Shown here piece after piece: positions 59,246-64,000 of a stretch of DNA of 64,000 nt. Source of the DNA: the human T2T-CHM13v2.0 reference genome, Homo sapiens; assembly GCF_009914755.1 (NCBI RefSeq), contig NC_060925.1, one strand, 5' to 3'. Within the stretch, counting starts at the first letter, position 1. The number at the start of each line of letters is the position of its first letter. The position numbers were made by a program, and so were the translations under genes. The notes under the pieces are model-generated. The model searched no databases. It had not been told where the DNA came from and was given only the letters and a program-made list of their open reading frames with translations.

Positions 59246-59410
59246 CACCTTAGTTAACTTTAACTTACTTAGAGTTCTTAAGATAATTTAAATGTTGAGG
59301 AAAATCAATGTTGAATTAAGAACTAAATGTATGGATAACAAGATGTATAATAATAGAAACCACCAAATAGAACCGCTTTGAACAAGGACATATGTAGTGG
59401 GTACATATGT

Positions 59411-61433
59411 CCACATTTTGCCATAAACGTTTATTATAAAATCAAGTTGTTTTCCACCCCATTCTGCACACTCTTCATAGCTCCTATCTCAGGGGCCGTA
59501 AATGAAATTAAAACAAAACAAAAAAAAAATCAGTGGGCGAAAAAAATTGAATCCATAAAGTATGTTTTTAACTACAATTGCAAATAGCTTACTGAAAATT
59601 TTTAACAACAAAGATATTAAGATGAATTTAGTCAATGTTAAGAACTTTTTAAAATTTAGGTGAAACTGAGTTAAAATGAAAACTGAACTTTCTTGTTAGG
59701 GAAAGCAATGAAATCAACTATTGTTGATTACTAAATATAGATGAGACTATATTGTTTCTTTCTTTATGGTTTGATTTTAATTATCCCCCACCCCAGCAAA
59801 TGAAATGAAGTTAACCATCTCATTGGTGTGAGATGAATGTGTAATTCCAAACCTTCTTTTTCAGTGTTCAGTGGCTGCCAATGTATGTTTGCGCTTTGAA
59901 ATGAAAGCTGATTAACATTTTTAAGGGTTGTCTTCACCTTCAAAATGGACACAGACTGCTTCTGTATGGTTTCAATTCAATATTTGTATAAAACTAGGCC
60001 AAGGAAGGTGGGGACTGTTTGTTTCCTTGCATCATGCAGTTTTCGTTAAGTTCTTGCATTTAGTCACTTTTACTTTTCATTTGATATAAGCAGAAAGAGT
60101 TGTATAGGTTGCTTTAAGTCTTTGAATCAGTGCTGCCTTGCAGCAACACTGAAAGACTCCGTAAGTTGATAAAAGTTTGGTTATTTCAGTTTATACTTTA
60201 CGATTTATATTACAGTTAGTTATGTTTAACAGCTAACACAGCTTCCATCTATGATAGTAAATACCTATGTCTAACATGTACAGTATGGTTAACTTTATCT
60301 TATAGCTATAACCAGTTAATAAAAAATAATAAATTTTTTATTTCTTTCAAGGCCTGTACCTCTAAAACTTTCTAATTTGCAGTACTGGAGTCAATGGCTT
60401 ATCTAAGATTCAAATCCAGAACTCTCTTTTTATTCCTTTTATAAAAAGAATATACCAAATTGCTACTTCTCTTTTACAAACAAAACAAAAAACCCTTCAT
60501 TCTCAGGATGTCTTAACATTTAATGAAATCTATTCAGGGATCACCCCAAGCAAGCTTTTCCGATGAATGACACATTTAGAATTTGCCTCAGGCTTTTTTT
60601 TTTCTTTTTTCTTATATTAATCTTTGATCTACCTTTTTTTTGTGTGGGTGCTCCAAGTATTTAAGAAGTTTTTATACTTAATGGTAAATCATATTTATGG
60701 AAAAGATATAGCAAATTGAAATTATGTCAATCCAGTGTGTAATGTAATTTACTCCAAATCTTTTATGGAAATTACCTTAAGCATATTCAGCATTTTGCAT
60801 GTATTTTAGTCCTCATTCATAGGTTATAACAGGTTATATAAGAACACAGTATATTACTGTATTGTGTTCATATCATCAGTTAAGTTTTAGAGAAGTTTAG
60901 TGTTGTGGAAAGAACATGGGCTTTGGAATCAAATGGATCTGTGTTTGGGTATAGACTCAGCTCTTTATTAACTCTGAACTTGAATAATTACTTCACTTCT
61001 CTGAGCCTTAGTTTTCTTATAAGGTAAGCATGATACTTGCTATCTGGCCAGGAATCTTAAGAGAATTAGAAATAAGGCAATATTATATAAAGTGCTTGGC
61101 ACACAATGAGTTCATAGTATACTTATTGTGTTTGACCCTTTTTCATTTATTGTTAGGAAGTAAAACAGAATCATCATTGTTAATAAAACTAGAAGGATTT
61201 CTTAGGATATTTTTGGGACGATCTTGGTAGAAAAAAGCTTGGGAAACTTAGGATTTGTGGAAATGGTTTAGGTGTACTTTTTTTTTTTTCTGTTTCTTGC
61301 TGTCCCTTTTTTTTTAAATTCTTTACTTATACATGTAGTTTAAAAAGCCACATTTTGCCATAAACGTTTATTATAAAATAAAGTTGTTTTCCACCCCATT
61401 CTGCCTACTCTTCATAGCTCCTATCTCAGGGGC
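59411..61433 (+). repeat. Dispersed 86-bp direct repeat (59411-59496 and 61348-61433)
   Basis: 83/86 identical by manual alignment. Confidence 0.95.
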
Positions 61434-61492
61434 AACTAATTCTTAATTCTCTAGCTAGTCCTGCTGGCATTTATACATCTCTGTATTCTTAA

Positions 61493-63351
61493 TGTTACAG
61501 GATCCTTGGGTGTCGCTTCACCAGCTGGAAACCTCTGTGACCAGTGGTGCCTTTGCCTGTTTTGCTCGGTCCTATGGGCTCGTTTTGCCCACTCAGCCTG
61601 GCAGTCTGCGCTCGGCTCGTGCTACCAGCCTGGATCCCATGCCTGCCAAGAGCGAGGGATGTATGAGCGAGAGTGGGGTCCTGCCACTGAACACAGCCAG
61701 GCATGCCAGCTGCGGCAGGGTCCATAGCTCCCGGCAATGGCATGGGCGCCGGCTACTTGCGAGGCTGCAGCTGGACCAGGTGTACTGTAAGCAGCTTCCA
61801 TGGCCGACACCAGGGAACGTCGTGGCGTTCTGGAAGCTTGGAGATGCCAGTAACTGCAGAGCCCTAAAGAGGTGTCACAGCCCTGGCTCAGGGAGCTCCT
61901 AGGTCTGGGCTTCCCGAAGGGCTGCAGCTCTTCTCTCCTTCTTCTTTCCTTGTCACCTGCAACGTGGTGAGCAAGGGACATATTTCAGCGCTGTTTGTGT
62001 TACACCTCTTTTAGCCCCGCCGTTCGGCAGGTCCCGAGTTCTTGTGCTGCATCCAGGAAGAATGAGGTACACAGACAAGTGGAGGATGAGCAAGATGAAG
62101 AGGAGCTTTATTGAGCGATAGAACAGAGGAGACCCTGGGGTGGATAGCTCCTCGCTGCAGCTGGTGGTCTTGTTGTCTCTGGGTCTGGCTGAGTTCGGGG
62201 CTTTTTATGGGCCTTAGAGGAGAGGAACTGAGTACCAATTGGTCCATGGGCTACCGTGGATGGGCCCAGAAAAAGCACTACAAGTTCCCACTCTGGTCCC
62301 CAGGACTGGCAGCCCGGTCCCCAGGCTTCGGGCCCTCCCTGGCCTGAAGGTGGGGCCTCACCGGGGACCCTCCCCCTTCTACCCAGAAGCCTGTCTGCTT
62401 CCTGCCACTGCTCATGGCGCCCAGACTGTTCTGGCCAAGGAGTGCCTGCAGGTCAATGCTGAGCTGCCCTTAGCCCCACCTCGGCCTCCCTCTCATGCTT
62501 GTTGGCACCCAAAGTCCGGAGGGGGCCAAGGGGGCAGGGGCCTGGCATGTCAGCGCTGCCCCCAGTGTGCGTATACCCAGCTGGGCTGTAACAGTGCCCG
62601 GGTTCCGCTCCAACCTTGCTCTGAGATCAGAGCGGGCACTGGGAGCGGGGAGAAACCGGGCAGTGGGAGAAGATACTTCCGAGCCTGCAGGGGCAGGGGG
62701 CGCCTTCCTGGCCCCCTCCACTCCAGAGTGCAGCCATACCTAGGTCTGCAGCCGGGACTTGGGTTGCTGCAGCTATTCCTGCGAGGGCGGGGCTTCTGCC
62801 TGCTCCCAACTCCCACCAGCTCTGTGGAGCCTGGCACCGTCCCAGGCCCAAGTCCTCCTCTTGGCCCCTCTCAGCCTGCCCCTCCGTGCCTGACTGTGCT
62901 GCTCCTTTGCTGGCGGGTGACTTAGTCTGGCCCCATCGCTGTGATTCCCAGGAGCGGGCCTGGGAACTGGTGCCTACTCCATGTTTTCCCTGCAGCAGCA
63001 GCTGCAGGGGAGGTGCAGGTGGCATGGCCCCTGCCAACCCCGCACAAATGAACCCGACGCTCTGGGGGCTGGCCCCTTGAGTCTTGCCTGCACCTTCGGC
63101 CGGGTACTCGCGGGTTCCCAAGACGCGGCCGGCAGTGAGGTTGAGGCCATGGCAGAGGCTCCGGGCCTGGGAGTGGGTCCTGCCTGCCTGTGTGAGCGTG
63201 GGTGTGACACAATTATCTGCCTCAGGGACGCGGGGCACAAGGGTTCCAGCGCCGCCACTGCTGCTTCCGCTCCTGCTACCACCGCCTGCACCTCCCTGCT
63301 GCAACTGGTGTGATGGCAGCAGCCACTCCGGATGGTCGGCCACTGCCATCA
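61493..63351 (-). mobile_element. MER52-family (ERV1) solo LTR, about 1.86 kb, GC/CpG-rich
   Basis: Minus strand starts TGATGGCAGTGGCC and ends GGATCCTGTAACA. 4-bp TSD ttaa / ctaa (one mismatch). Confidence 0.82.
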
Positions 63352-64000
63352 CTAACTCATGTGCATATGTGTAGTCGTATCTTTTGATTAATCAGTTTGA
63401 GGCATTATCTATTAGTTTTCTGTTTTAGTAGGCAAAGATTTAATTATCTTACACAGTCTCTTCTCCTTTGGCCACTCAATGTAGTTTACAATTATAGTTG
63501 TCAGTATTCAGCATTTCTTATTCGTGTGAAAAAATTATTTACAGCTGAATGTTGTAATATTCCATATTTATATGTTTCCTTTCTATTTTTCCTGAAGTTA
63601 ATCATTGTCTTGACTTTTCATATTTAATTTCCTTTATTAATTTAGTTTTTTGAAGTCAAATGATCTGAAGTGATGTATCTATTTTAATTATTTTCTCTGA
63701 GATATTCTTTCCTAGAGGCCTCTATTTTCCTTTGTATCCCCTGATTGCTTTCTTGGGTTGCTTCACTCTTGTCATCTGGGACTTAAATTTTCTTTGATCC
63801 TTGGAATTTCTTCTGGATTGAATTCCCTATGTCTGGGTTCTTGGATCTTCCTTTTTTTCTTGGTTCACTCTCACTCTTTTGGTAAAGCATATTCTCCAGC
63901 GGTTTTGTCAAGTTAAAATAACATACAGTGACAGATGTCATGGTGATGACCGCTTTCAGCATGCCGTCCCACGGAGTCACTTGGCTGCAGGTTGTCCTTC

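Noticed and set aside
62239-63352. Longest ORFs in the window (228 aa on +, 241 aa on -)
   Set aside because: Both lie within the GC-rich MER52 LTR, where stop codons are rare. Overlapping ORFs occur in many frames, the composition is low-complexity P/G/A/R, and no domain is recognisable.

Overview
This window is primate, almost certainly human, genomic DNA. It contains the promoter and coding exons 1-4 of RRP15 (pre-60S ribosome biogenesis factor) on the + strand: ATG at 24082, exons 24082-24220, 41059-41324, 43793-43890 and 46196-46397, all GT-AG. These give 705 nt = 235 codons, and the last exon lies beyond the window. From recalled knowledge this is 1q41, just upstream of TGFB2. The 23 kb upstream and the introns are mostly transposon relics: about 30 Alus, several L1 fragments, L2, MIR, MaLR/ERVL/ERV1 solo LTRs and hAT/Tigger MITEs, often nested. 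I found no evidence for a new gene system. The best observations are: (i) four local duplications of non-Alu sequence, two of which look like templated insertions with repair scars (microhomology; a snap-back hairpin at the junction); (ii) an in-frame alternative acceptor 42 nt upstream of the weak exon 3 acceptor; (iii) an intronic ATG that opens a hydrophobic N-terminal extension in frame with exon 2; (iv) candidate enhancers in TE-poor intronic DNA; (v) an MLT2A LTR with a DUX4-type motif and splice donor that could drive a minus-strand transcript. Repeat family and subfamily names come from recalled consensus sequences, and repeat boundaries are approximate unless a TSD is quoted.
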